From an uncultured Porphyromonadaceae bacterium (GTDB lineage: Bacteria > Bacteroidota > Bacteroidia > Bacteroidales > Muribaculaceae): a stretch of DNA of 64,000 nucleotides. Below, piece after piece: positions 9,417-18,178 of this stretch; positions within the stretch are counted from its first letter, which is position 1, and every line of letters starts with the position of its first letter. The stretch is from contig CAMWUJ010000003.1 of assembly GCA_947177405.1 (NCBI GenBank), positions 13,427-77,426 of the forward strand, written 5' to 3'. The position numbers were made by a program, and so were the translations under genes. A model generated the notes under the pieces. That model was not told the DNA's origin, searched no databases, and saw only the letters and a program-made list of their open reading frames with translations.

Positions 9417-10550
9417 ATGAAAAAGAATATTCTTATCACCGGAGGAGCCGGTTTCATAGGTTCCCACGTAGTGAGGCTCTTTGTAACTAAATATCCCGAA
9501 TATAATATAGTGAATCTTGACAAGCTCACTTATGCCGGAAATCTTGCAAACCTGAAGGATATCGAGGATAAGCCTAATTACAAATTCATCAAAGCCGATA
9601 TCGCGGATCTCGATGAAATGCGTAAAGTGATTCGTGAAAATGAGATCGACGGCATCATACACCTTGCTGCGGAGAGCCATGTGGACCGTTCGATCAAAGA
9701 TCCCTTTACATTTGCGCGCACCAATGTGATGGGAACCCTCGCATTGCTGCAAGCCGCAAGGGAATATTGGGAAGAACTGCCGGAAGGATATGAGAACAAA
9801 CTCTTCTACCATATCTCCACCGATGAAGTTTATGGTGCTCTTGAACTTACCGATCCTGAAGGCATAGAGTCTCCGTTCACTACTACCGCATCCTCAGCCC
9901 ACCACCATGCATACGGCAAGGATTTCTTCCTGGAGACAACCAAATATAATCCTCATTCCCCTTATTCAGCTTCCAAGGCATCGAGCGACCACTTCGTGCG
10001 TGCATATCACGACACCTATGGAATGCCTACATTGGTGACCAACTGCTCCAACAACTATGGTCCTTATCAATTCCCGGAGAAGCTGATTCCCCTCTTCATC
10101 AATAATATACGTCACCGAAAGCCGCTGCCTGTATATGGAAAGGGGGAGAATGTACGCGACTGGCTGTATGTAGAAGATCATGCCAGAGCAATCGATCTTA
10201 TTTTCCATAAAGGGAAAGTGGCCGACACTTATAATATCGGTGGATTCAACGAATGGAAGAACATCGACATCATAAAGGTGATAATCAACACAGTTGACCG
10301 TCTATTAGGAAATGAGGAAGGTGCTTCTCTCGATCTTATCACCTACGTTACCGATCGTAAGGGACACGACATGAGATATGCCATCGATTCCAGAAAGCTC
10401 CAGAAAGAGTTAGGCTGGGAGCCCTCTCTTCAATTCGAGGAAGGTATAGAAAAAACCGTGAAATGGTATCTCGACAATCAGGAATGGATGGATAATGTGA
10501 CATCGGGAGACTATCAGAAGTATTACGAAAATATGTATAGCAACCGTTAA
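9417..10550 (+). CDS. rfbB: dTDP-glucose 4,6-dehydratase
   Basis: Rossmann motif [11 protein letters not shown] and catalytic [10 protein letters not shown] (YxxxK). 377 aa. Confidence 0.95.
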   Translation: MKKNILITGGAGFIGSHVVRLFVTKYPEYNIVNLDKLTYAGNLANLKDIEDKPNYKFIKADIADLDEMRKVIRENEIDGIIHLAAESHVDRSIKDPFTFARTNVMGTLALLQAAREYWEELPEGYENKLFYHISTDEVYGALELTDPEGIESPFTTTASSAHHHAYGKDFFLETTKYNPHSPYSASKASSDHFVRAYHDTYGMPTLVTNCSNNYGPYQFPEKLIPLFINNIRHRKPLPVYGKGENVRDWLYVEDHARAIDLIFHKGKVADTYNIGGFNEWKNIDIIKVIINTVDRLLGNEEGASLDLITYVTDRKGHDMRYAIDSRKLQKELGWEPSLQFEEGIEKTVKWYLDNQEWMDNVTSGDYQKYYENMYSNR

Positions 10551-10563
10551 TCAGTCAAAAGCC

Positions 10564-11469
10564 ATGAAAGGAATAGTTCTTGCGGGAGGCTCAGGCACAC
10601 GCCTCTATCCGATCACAAAAGGAGTAAGCAAACAATTGCTCCCAATCTATGACAAACCAATGGTGTATTATCCGCTATCCACCCTCATGCTTGCCGGGAT
10701 TCGCGATATCCTGCTGATCTCTACCCCACAGGATCTACCGGGTTTCAAGCGTCTGCTTGGCGATGGATCGGATTTCGGTGTTAATCTTCAATATGCCGAG
10801 CAACCTTCCCCCGACGGACTTGCCCAGGCTTTCATCATCGGAAAAGATTTCATTGGTGATGATTCGGCTTGTCTGGTATTGGGAGACAATATCTTCCACG
10901 GAGCAGGTTTTTCCAAAATCCTTCATGATGCGGTGGAGAATGCGGAGAAGGAAGGAAAGGCAACCGTATTCGGATATTGGGTTGACGATCCGGAAAGATA
11001 TGGAGTGGCAGAATTTGATGATGCCGGCAACTGTCTTTCAATTGAAGAGAAGCCGGAACATCCCAAGAGCAATTATGCTGTTGTCGGTCTTTACTTCTAT
11101 CCCAACAAGGTGGTAGATGTGGCATCTCATATCAAGCCGTCTGCACGAGGAGAGCTTGAAATCACTACGGTTAATCAGGAATTTCTCAACAGCGGCGAGC
11201 TAAAGGTGCAAACCCTTCCACGTGGTTTTGCATGGCTCGATACCGGAACCCATGACTCCCTTGCGGAGGCTTCGATATATGTGGAGGTTTTGGAGAAGCG
11301 ACAAGGACTAAAGATCGGCTGTCTTGAAGGGATTTCTTACCGACAAGGATGGATTTCCAAAGAGAAGCTTCAGGAAGTGGCAAAGCCCATGATAAAAAAT
11401 GAATATGGTAAATACCTTATGAAAGTGGTGGAAGAATTAGGCCGTACAGGGAAAAATAACCTTGACTGA
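10564..11469 (+). CDS. rfbA: glucose-1-phosphate thymidylyltransferase
   Basis: [16 protein letters not shown] and YFYPN..V. 301 aa. Confidence 0.95.
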   Translation: MKGIVLAGGSGTRLYPITKGVSKQLLPIYDKPMVYYPLSTLMLAGIRDILLISTPQDLPGFKRLLGDGSDFGVNLQYAEQPSPDGLAQAFIIGKDFIGDDSACLVLGDNIFHGAGFSKILHDAVENAEKEGKATVFGYWVDDPERYGVAEFDDAGNCLSIEEKPEHPKSNYAVVGLYFYPNKVVDVASHIKPSARGELEITTVNQEFLNSGELKVQTLPRGFAWLDTGTHDSLAEASIYVEVLEKRQGLKIGCLEGISYRQGWISKEKLQEVAKPMIKNEYGKYLMKVVEELGRTGKNNLD

Positions 11470-11472
11470 CTT

Positions 11473-11523
11473 GATAATGCAGAAACGGTATGAGCCTTAG
11501 GCTCATACCGTTTCTGCATTATC
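11473..11523. terminator. 51-nt perfect palindrome (24-bp stem, 3-nt loop) between the convergent rfbA and the 11527 gene
   Basis: GATAATGCAGAAACGGTATGAGCC-TTA-GGCTCATACCGTTTCTGCATTATC. There is no U-tract on either side. Confidence 0.6.
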
Positions 11524-11526
11524 TAA

Positions 11527-12273
11527 TTAAAGATTGATGTTTATTTCAACAGAAGGAATCAGAGTCCAGGGAGATACAAATCCTCCATTTACAGAAATAC
11601 GCAACACATCACCATCGTCATAATACCATTGATTGGGATTTCCATAAGCATACCATTCACCCGGAGCATTCATCACAATCTGGAAAGGATTGCCATATCT
11701 GCCGGACTCGGGCCAGATATACTGCATATAATATCTACCGTTGTTGAAGAATCTCACTGCATACTGTCCCGGAGCAACCAACCATACTCGATCATACCGA
11801 CCCGGACCAACGACATGTCTCACCATACTTCCTAAACGTGGAGGGTGATGATAGACAGGGCGTCCCATATGACCGGGCGCAGGAACAGAATGTCCGCGTG
11901 ATGGTGTCCAACGATTTGGCACACCGGGACGACGGTAATTCCCACCGGGAGGGAGCGCGGAATTTCCATGATGTCCGTGGTTACCGCCCGGACGGTATCC
12001 ATGATCATTTCCGGGCTTTCCATTACCCGGACGATGATTTCCGTTATTACCGGGACGATTGTTGTTATTACCGGGACGATTGTTATTTCCTCCCGGTCGG
12101 TTGCCTCCGTTGAAGTTTCCGGGATTTCCATGATTACCATTGCCTCCGGGACGGGAAGAGCTCGTGCGTTCAGTGTTTTGATTACGATGATTGTTGCCAT
12201 TCGACTGAGCTGAGATTCCCAAAGGGAGAAGCATAGCCGAGAAGAGTATTATGGTAAGGAAACGTTTTTTCAT
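11527..12273 (-). CDS. secreted hypothetical protein with a Gly/Asn/Pro/His/Arg low-complexity repeat region
   Basis: The likely start is M19 (MKKRFLTIILFSAMLLPLGISAQS signal peptide). About 110 aa of GN(N)RPGN-type repeats follow, then an aromatic-rich globular C-terminus. I recognise no family. Confidence 0.6.
   Translation of the reverse strand: MKKRFLTIILFSAMLLPLGISAQSNGNNHRNQNTERTSSSRPGGNGNHGNPGNFNGGNRPGGNNNRPGNNNNRPGNNGNHRPGNGKPGNDHGYRPGGNHGHHGNSALPPGGNYRRPGVPNRWTPSRGHSVPAPGHMGRPVYHHPPRLGSMVRHVVGPGRYDRVWLVAPGQYAVRFFNNGRYYMQYIWPESGRYGNPFQIVMNAPGEWYAYGNPNQWYYDDGDVLRISVNGGFVSPWTLIPSVEININL
12021..12085 (-). repeat. in-frame 21-nt tandem repeats inside the 11527..12273 gene
   Basis: TTATTACCGGGACGATTGTTG at 12044-12064 is repeated 20/21 at 12065-12085, with a degenerate copy at 12021-12043. 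It encodes NNNRPGN units. Confidence 0.8.
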
Positions 12274-12445
12274 TTCTATAATTATTAAATTATTTGACAA
12301 TTTGATATAGAACTTATCGTTTATCATAGGCCGGAGCCTTATAATATCGAATATTCTGTCTATTTGTCATTATGACAAACGGAGTATTTCCAAAGTTTAA
12401 TCACTAATTTCATATTATCAGATTTTTTAACTAATTTTGTTTATT

Positions 12446-12622
12446 ATGACTCTACCACAAGACCCTTTCATGCTCTTAAGCATGATTAATATGAAATTGC
12501 GAGATGAATATTCCTCGCTTGATGAATTATGCTCAGCCAATGATTTAGACAAGGATACTATCATAGGTGCCTTGAATAAGGTTGGGTTTGAATATGTTCC
12601 TGATATTAATCAATTTCGTTAA
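12446..12622 (+). CDS. DUF4250 domain protein
   Basis: MTLPQDPFMLLSMINMKLRDEYSSLDELC...NQFR matches my recollection of the DUF4250 small-protein family. The track start at 12437 is a TTG, so I prefer the ATG at 12446. Confidence 0.65.
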   Translation: MTLPQDPFMLLSMINMKLRDEYSSLDELCSANDLDKDTIIGALNKVGFEYVPDINQFR

Positions 12623-12630
12623 TCGTAATT

Positions 12631-13038
12631 ATGAATATCGAGATAATCCAGCTTCCCCGTTTCACCGATCCGAGAGGCAATCTCTCTGTGGTTGAAAGTC
12701 TCAAGAATATTCCCTTTGATATCAAAAGGGTTTATTTCACCTATGATGTTCCTGCGGGTGAAAGCCGTGCTCATCACGCCCATAAGCAATTGACAGAATT
12801 TATCATAGCAATAAGCGGTAGCTTTACGGTAGAACTTGATGATGGCAAAGAGCGGCGTTCAATTCTTCTCAACAAGCCCTATGAAGGTCTTCTGATTAAG
12901 CCCGGAATCTGGAGAAACTTAGTGGATTTCTCTTCAGGAGCCGTTGTGCTCGTGTTATGCTCGGATTTCTACGATCCTGAAGATTATATAGATGATTACA
13001 AAGAATTTCTGGAATATACCAACAATATAGAAAACTAA
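12631..13038 (+). CDS. dTDP-4-dehydro-6-deoxyglucose 3,4-ketoisomerase (FdtA/QdtA, WxcM-like cupin)
   Basis: 135 aa. FTDPRGNLSVVE, IKRVYFTYDVP and SRAHHAHK are typical of FdtA-family sugar isomerases. Confidence 0.8.
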   Translation: MNIEIIQLPRFTDPRGNLSVVESLKNIPFDIKRVYFTYDVPAGESRAHHAHKQLTEFIIAISGSFTVELDDGKERRSILLNKPYEGLLIKPGIWRNLVDFSSGAVVLVLCSDFYDPEDYIDDYKEFLEYTNNIEN

Positions 13039-13040
13039 AG

Positions 13041-14159
13041 ATGATTCCATTTCTCGATCTTAAAAAGATAAATGATTCTTTTCAACCGGAGCTTAATGAG
13101 AAGATTGCGGATTGCGTTGCCTCCGGATGGTATCTTTTAGGAAAGCAGGTGAAGGAATTTGAAAAAGAATATTCCGAATATATCGGTACATCCAATTGTG
13201 TAGCCTGTGCCAACGGTCTTGATGCTCTCACACTTATCTTTAGAGGATATATCGAGTTAGGCCGTCTGAAACCGGGAGATGAAGTCATCGTGCCGGGCAA
13301 TACCTACATTGCCACCATTCTTTCAATCACAGAATGTGGACTGGTGCCTATATTGGTTGACGCCGATCCAATAACACTTCAAATTGATTCCGGTAAAATC
13401 GAAGAAGCTATCACACCCCTCACACGTGCTGTAGCCATAGTGCATCTTTACGGACGCAATTCATTCGCTACGGAAATTGCAGATATATGCAGCCGGCATA
13501 ACCTTATATTAGTAGAAGATAATGCTCAGGCAGCGGGTTGCCGCAATTCCGACGGAAGGATCACCGGGTCATTAGGAAACGCTGCCGCCCATAGCTTCTA
13601 TCCGGGAAAAAATCTGGGAGCTCTTGGGGATGGCGGGGCTGTCACTACTAATGATCCGGAGCTTGCCCGTATTGTGAGGACACTCGCGTTTTATGGGTCA
13701 GAAAAGAAATATGTTTTTGATTATTGCGGACGTAATTCCAGACTTGATGAGATTCAGGCAGCAGTACTTCGTCTTAAGCTACCCCGCCTTGATGAGGATA
13801 ATTCCCGGAGAAGAGTGATTGCAGAGATTATGCAACGTGAGATTTCAAATCCTCTTATCGGTCTTCCTTACCCGGAGAATGACAAGACGGGCAATAATAA
13901 TGTGTTCCATTTATTTCCTGTCTTTTGTGAAGATCGCGACCGACTTCAGAATTATCTTATGGAGAATGGAATCCAGACTATAATTCATTATCCCATCCCT
14001 CCTCATAGGCAGAAATGTTATGAGGGTAAAATTCCTATCAGACATCCTCTTGATGTCACTGAATGGATAGCACGCACCGAACTTTCCTTACCCATATCAC
14101 AAGTCATGACCGAAGAGGAAGCCTTACAGGTTTGCTCAATTCTGAATGACTTCAAATAA
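13041..14159 (+). CDS. DegT/DnrJ/EryC1/StrS-family sugar aminotransferase (FdtB/QdtB-like)
   Basis: IPFLDL start, NGLDAL, and HSFYPGKNLGALGDGGAV (PLP Lys). It starts 2 nt after the isomerase gene. Confidence 0.85.
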   Translation: MIPFLDLKKINDSFQPELNEKIADCVASGWYLLGKQVKEFEKEYSEYIGTSNCVACANGLDALTLIFRGYIELGRLKPGDEVIVPGNTYIATILSITECGLVPILVDADPITLQIDSGKIEEAITPLTRAVAIVHLYGRNSFATEIADICSRHNLILVEDNAQAAGCRNSDGRITGSLGNAAAHSFYPGKNLGALGDGGAVTTNDPELARIVRTLAFYGSEKKYVFDYCGRNSRLDEIQAAVLRLKLPRLDEDNSRRRVIAEIMQREISNPLIGLPYPENDKTGNNNVFHLFPVFCEDRDRLQNYLMENGIQTIIHYPIPPHRQKCYEGKIPIRHPLDVTEWIARTELSLPISQVMTEEEALQVCSILNDFK

Positions 14160-14357
14160 ACCGAATTGGATTAATATTTGTTAACATATAAAGATAATTT
14201 GCGATTATACAGGTATATACCTATAAGCTATCGTCATTATCTTTATTAATAGACTCTTTATTAGGAGAGTTAATTATCTTTATAGAGAGAGAAATGATGT
14301 ATAGCCAACTCCTCTGTATGAAAAATTATAGAAATATTAATCTAAATTCAAATAATT

Positions 14358-14921
14358 ATGAAAAGCACATTTAGAGGAACCCTTACTAAATTATGGTGGT
14401 TTCCGCTCATTACCGGCTTATTAGCCATAGGACTTGGAATATGGTGTTTATGTTCACCCGAAAGTTCACTCACCCTCCTTGCCTACGTATTCACAGCCAT
14501 TCTACTTTTGGCAGGCTGTATGAATGTCGGCTATGGCTTGGTGAATACTGCTCCTCATTCAAATTGGGGTTGGAGTCTTGCACTGGGTATTCTTGAGATT
14601 ATTATGGCCGTTTGGCTCTATACACTTCCGCCGGAAGTGCTTATGACAGCATTTATATATGGCGTAGGAATATATCTTATTGTGGTCGCCATCAATGCAA
14701 TTTGCGAATCATTCATGCTTTCATCCTATTCGCGTGAATGGACCGCACTGTTGGTGCTCTTCCTACTCTGCACCATCATATTTGCATTTATCTTCCTTGC
14801 AGGACCTATTGCGGGAGGAATCGCAGTATGGCTCTATATAGGTATCTCTTTCATAACCTTCGGAGCCTATCGTATGGCCTTAGCATTCAAGCTTAAAAGG
14901 CTTAACCGCAGATTAAGATAA
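14358..14921 (+). CDS. DUF308 / HdeD-family membrane protein
   Basis: Six predicted TM helices. WWFPLITGLLAIGLGIWCL is the characteristic DUF308 repeat. Confidence 0.7.
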   Translation: MKSTFRGTLTKLWWFPLITGLLAIGLGIWCLCSPESSLTLLAYVFTAILLLAGCMNVGYGLVNTAPHSNWGWSLALGILEIIMAVWLYTLPPEVLMTAFIYGVGIYLIVVAINAICESFMLSSYSREWTALLVLFLLCTIIFAFIFLAGPIAGGIAVWLYIGISFITFGAYRMALAFKLKRLNRRLR

Positions 14922-14935
14922 GAGCTTATACCATA

Positions 14936-14980
14936 AAGAAACAGGAAGACCGTCCGGATGAGACAGTCTTCCTGTTTCTT
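14936..14980. terminator. bidirectional intrinsic terminator (15-bp stem)
   Basis: AAGAAACAGGAAGAC-N15-GTCTTCCTGTTTCTT, between convergent genes. Confidence 0.7.
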
Positions 14981-15000
14981 ATAATATTAATATGTAATTT

Positions 15001-16749
15001 TCAAATTCTGATTTTTGAAACTTTCGTTCCCTTTTTAACAATATAGATTCCGGGAGTATCGGGAGCATCAACTCTAAGACCTTGAAGAGTATAATACTCT
15101 GCTTCTTCATCCGCTGCCTCTATTTCATCTATACCGGAGGGACCGTTCACACCTTTCATAACCCAGAAGGAAGCAGTTCCATCAGGATTGATTTCAATTT
15201 CAGTGACGGGCTTTCCAAGAAATCCACCTCCCGAATTCAATTTGGCCGCGGGAGTTGAAGTATCAGTCAACTCATTATTCCCGTTAAATGGCCACAAGTC
15301 GCCGGGGAGATCAGAATTATCAATCTCATAATACGTCTCACCCCAATAAGTATATTTCGACATTTTCAGACTATTGTCACAGGGCACCGGACACATTCTT
15401 TGAAGAGAATAGTTATTTACGGTATTTCCTGCCCAAGAATTCTGATTGTAAGTGACATGATATATGAACAGGCCTTCACCATACATATATTTGTCCCATC
15501 CCTGCTTCTTTCTATTCTCCAAGATGTAATATTCTCTATTGTCTTTGCTTGAGGTGAGTTTCACGGCACGATCTGTATCTTCACTTCCGCTATTAAATAC
15601 AGGAAGTGTATATTGGGTATTTGCCGCACCCTCCTCAATATCTATCCATCCCATGAACTCCTTCTCATAAGCACTATATCCACAAGGTGTATATGTGTCA
15701 TTATTATAAGAGCCTGAATCCATTATAGACCACGGACCCATTCCAAAGAAACCGGAATATTTAGTGTCATAGAAATCCGGAAGACCGAGACAATGAGAAA
15801 ACTCATGACAGAAAGTGCCGATCCCATCAATTCTTCTGCGATTGGACCCATTAAGTTCATTAAAGCAGGCAAATTTATCAACCTTTGTATCATCGAGAGT
15901 CAGAGCCTTTCTATAATCCGATGCAGATAATACCCACTGACAAGGCCAAATAGAATTTTCTGCATCTCTATCCTCAGAGGATGCTTCTCCATCTCCTGCG
16001 TAAAGGATAATCAATACGTCACATTCTCCGTCACCATCATTATCATAAATTGAATAGTCTATCTTATCATCAAGACCTATTGCCGACAAAGCCACCATCT
16101 CCCCGAGACGCTTATCATTGCCGTAAGAATCATTTTCTCCATAATATGAACGCTTTTCAGGCAAAGTAAACGGGCCGTAAATGTCAAATTTCGGAGTATA
16201 TTTTCCATTTGACTGATCCTCAAAATATTTATAGGCATTTACATCCCCTTTATTAAAAAAGGTCTCAAAAGTTTCCTTTGGATCGGCATCTTTAAATTTT
16301 TTATCCTGATATTGTACCAGAAGGACCGGGACATGTGGAGATCCTACATTAGGAACCTGTGTTTTCCCTGCTCTTGTAGTCATTTTCACCACTCTTCTCT
16401 GTTTCACTATTTCCTCGCGAGCCTCCGCAAGTGAAGAAAGCAACAACTCTGAAGAAACTTCCTTTATAAAACTTCTTTCCACAGCGCCACGGTCTGCGGG
16501 ATCATGAGCCATAATATCTGTTAAGTCGGCTGTTTTCTGATAATAAAAATTACCATCTTTCCCTCTGCCCACAGTCAGGCCGTCTGAGGTGAGATAAGTA
16601 TGAAAATGCTCATCTCCAATCAGGCGCAAGGTTATTTCCGATCCATCAGACTGTCGGAAAACACGTTCGCCGGGCTTTGCCGGGATTGCCAATGAAGAAA
16701 GAGCGGTAGCAAATAGCAACGCTGTTGCACAAAATATCTTTCTTTTCAT
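15001..16749 (-). CDS. M6-family (immune inhibitor A-like) zinc metalloprotease with T9SS C-terminal sorting domain
   Basis: Signal peptide, HEFSHCLGLPDFYD (HExxH..D), and the C-terminal tail YYTLQGLRVDAPDTPGIYIVKKGTKVSKIRI. Confidence 0.8.
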   Translation of the reverse strand: MKRKIFCATALLFATALSSLAIPAKPGERVFRQSDGSEITLRLIGDEHFHTYLTSDGLTVGRGKDGNFYYQKTADLTDIMAHDPADRGAVERSFIKEVSSELLLSSLAEAREEIVKQRRVVKMTTRAGKTQVPNVGSPHVPVLLVQYQDKKFKDADPKETFETFFNKGDVNAYKYFEDQSNGKYTPKFDIYGPFTLPEKRSYYGENDSYGNDKRLGEMVALSAIGLDDKIDYSIYDNDGDGECDVLIILYAGDGEASSEDRDAENSIWPCQWVLSASDYRKALTLDDTKVDKFACFNELNGSNRRRIDGIGTFCHEFSHCLGLPDFYDTKYSGFFGMGPWSIMDSGSYNNDTYTPCGYSAYEKEFMGWIDIEEGAANTQYTLPVFNSGSEDTDRAVKLTSSKDNREYYILENRKKQGWDKYMYGEGLFIYHVTYNQNSWAGNTVNNYSLQRMCPVPCDNSLKMSKYTYWGETYYEIDNSDLPGDLWPFNGNNELTDTSTPAAKLNSGGGFLGKPVTEIEINPDGTASFWVMKGVNGPSGIDEIEAADEEAEYYTLQGLRVDAPDTPGIYIVKKGTKVSKIRI

Positions 16750-17082
16750 GATGATTTGATTTTTCTGAAGCTGCTTAAACCTGTTTCATTAACATTCAAA
16801 AGATTTTCTGCCGAATTTTTCTGTTCTTCTCATTGATTTAGATTCTTCATATTTCATTCTAAAAATTAAGAAAGGTTTGGAAATCAGTCTGTGCTGATGA
16901 ATCAATGTCAAACTTTAAAGCAGATCCGCAAAGGTTAATAAAATATTTGCAATGTTACTTTACGTAATATTTGCAAATCGTTTTAAACAATCACTTCTAT
17001 AAATATTCCACAAATATAATATATTGTGCTTGGATTATCAATAGGAAAGTTAATAATTTCAATATTTTTATGATAATAGTCT

Positions 17083-18174
17083 CTATTTTTCGATAATGTG
17101 GGTATCATCTGCCCAAATTGGCTGTTTCTCAATCACTACTTTTTTATAATAAGATATAAGAAGAGTGGTGATGGGAAGAGCAATAACCATTCCCAAAATT
17201 CCAAGAAGAGTTCCCCATATCGAAAGGGATAGAAGAATAATAGCCGAATTCAGTCCAAGAGACTTCCCCATTATCTTAGGTGTAAGCACATAATCGCAGA
17301 TAGATTGGGACACAATATATACAAGTCCACATTCTCCCAACATCGACCAAAATTCACGACCTCCACCTAATGAGGATATGAAACAAATCACCGCTACAGG
17401 AATAAGGGTGATATATTGGAAATAGGGTATCATATAAAGAATACCTACAAGTATTCCCATCATAATTGCCATAGGCAGTCCAACGATAGAGAATCCAACA
17501 CTATAGAAAACAGCAGCGCATCCTGCTATCAGGAGCTGCCCTCTGAAATATTCATTCATGCTGTCCTTGAGATCGCCGGCCACACGGAATACGACACGCT
17601 TATATTTCTCGGGAACAAGCATACGAAATCCATTCCCAAGTCTATGATAATCAAGCATTATAAAAACTACATATACAAATGTGAGAAGCCATTCCAATGA
17701 ATGTATCAGAAAATCAAGGGAACTGCTCACAATAGTTTCTCCTTTGTCAACCCATGTGCCCCAATCGCCACTTTCAATTGATTTCAAGATGCCTTCAAGA
17801 TCCAGTCGTCGCTCTATCATATCGGTAAAACTCTCGGGAAGCATAGGAATAGAGACCGTGCGACTTTGATATCGGGTTATCATTTCACCAAGTTCGTTAA
17901 CCTCACTTTCCATCATTGGGGTGAGAAAATATATCAGCAACCCACTCACCACAAGCATGTCGATAAGTGTGACGGCAACCCCAATACCTCTTTTCTGAGT
18001 ATGAAGCATCTTCATATTGAACCCTACTACCGGCTCCATTATATATGCCAAAAGACACGCCAGACAAAATGGTAACAATACATTCTTTAAAATATCTAAA
18101 AGCCATATCACACATCCGATAATTGCCAATGCAATCAACAGACGAACAAATCGATCGAATGTAAATGTCTTCAT
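17083..18174 (-). CDS. AI-2E family transporter (PerM/UPF0118 permease)
   Basis: 363 aa with about 8 TM helices. The LPFCLACLLAYIMEPVV region and the C-terminal GxxGxxxALP (GILGMVIALPITT) are typical. Confidence 0.85.
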   Translation of the reverse strand: MKTFTFDRFVRLLIALAIIGCVIWLLDILKNVLLPFCLACLLAYIMEPVVGFNMKMLHTQKRGIGVAVTLIDMLVVSGLLIYFLTPMMESEVNELGEMITRYQSRTVSIPMLPESFTDMIERRLDLEGILKSIESGDWGTWVDKGETIVSSSLDFLIHSLEWLLTFVYVVFIMLDYHRLGNGFRMLVPEKYKRVVFRVAGDLKDSMNEYFRGQLLIAGCAAVFYSVGFSIVGLPMAIMMGILVGILYMIPYFQYITLIPVAVICFISSLGGGREFWSMLGECGLVYIVSQSICDYVLTPKIMGKSLGLNSAIILLSLSIWGTLLGILGMVIALPITTLLISYYKKVVIEKQPIWADDTHIIEK

Positions 18175-18178
18175 AAAC

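Noticed and set aside
11832-12213. Several overlapping ORFs on both strands (11832..12200, 11838..12113, 11968..12213), and a possible CRISPR-like periodicity.
   Set aside because: They are artefacts of the stop-free low-complexity repeat DNA in the 11527..12273 gene. The 21-nt repeats are contiguous with no spacers, so this is not a CRISPR array.
12432-12446. A TAATTTTG box only 7 nt before the DUF4250 ATG, suggesting a leaderless transcript.
   Set aside because: It is a single motif match in very AT-rich DNA, and the promoter could equally lie further upstream. The evidence is too weak to report as a feature.
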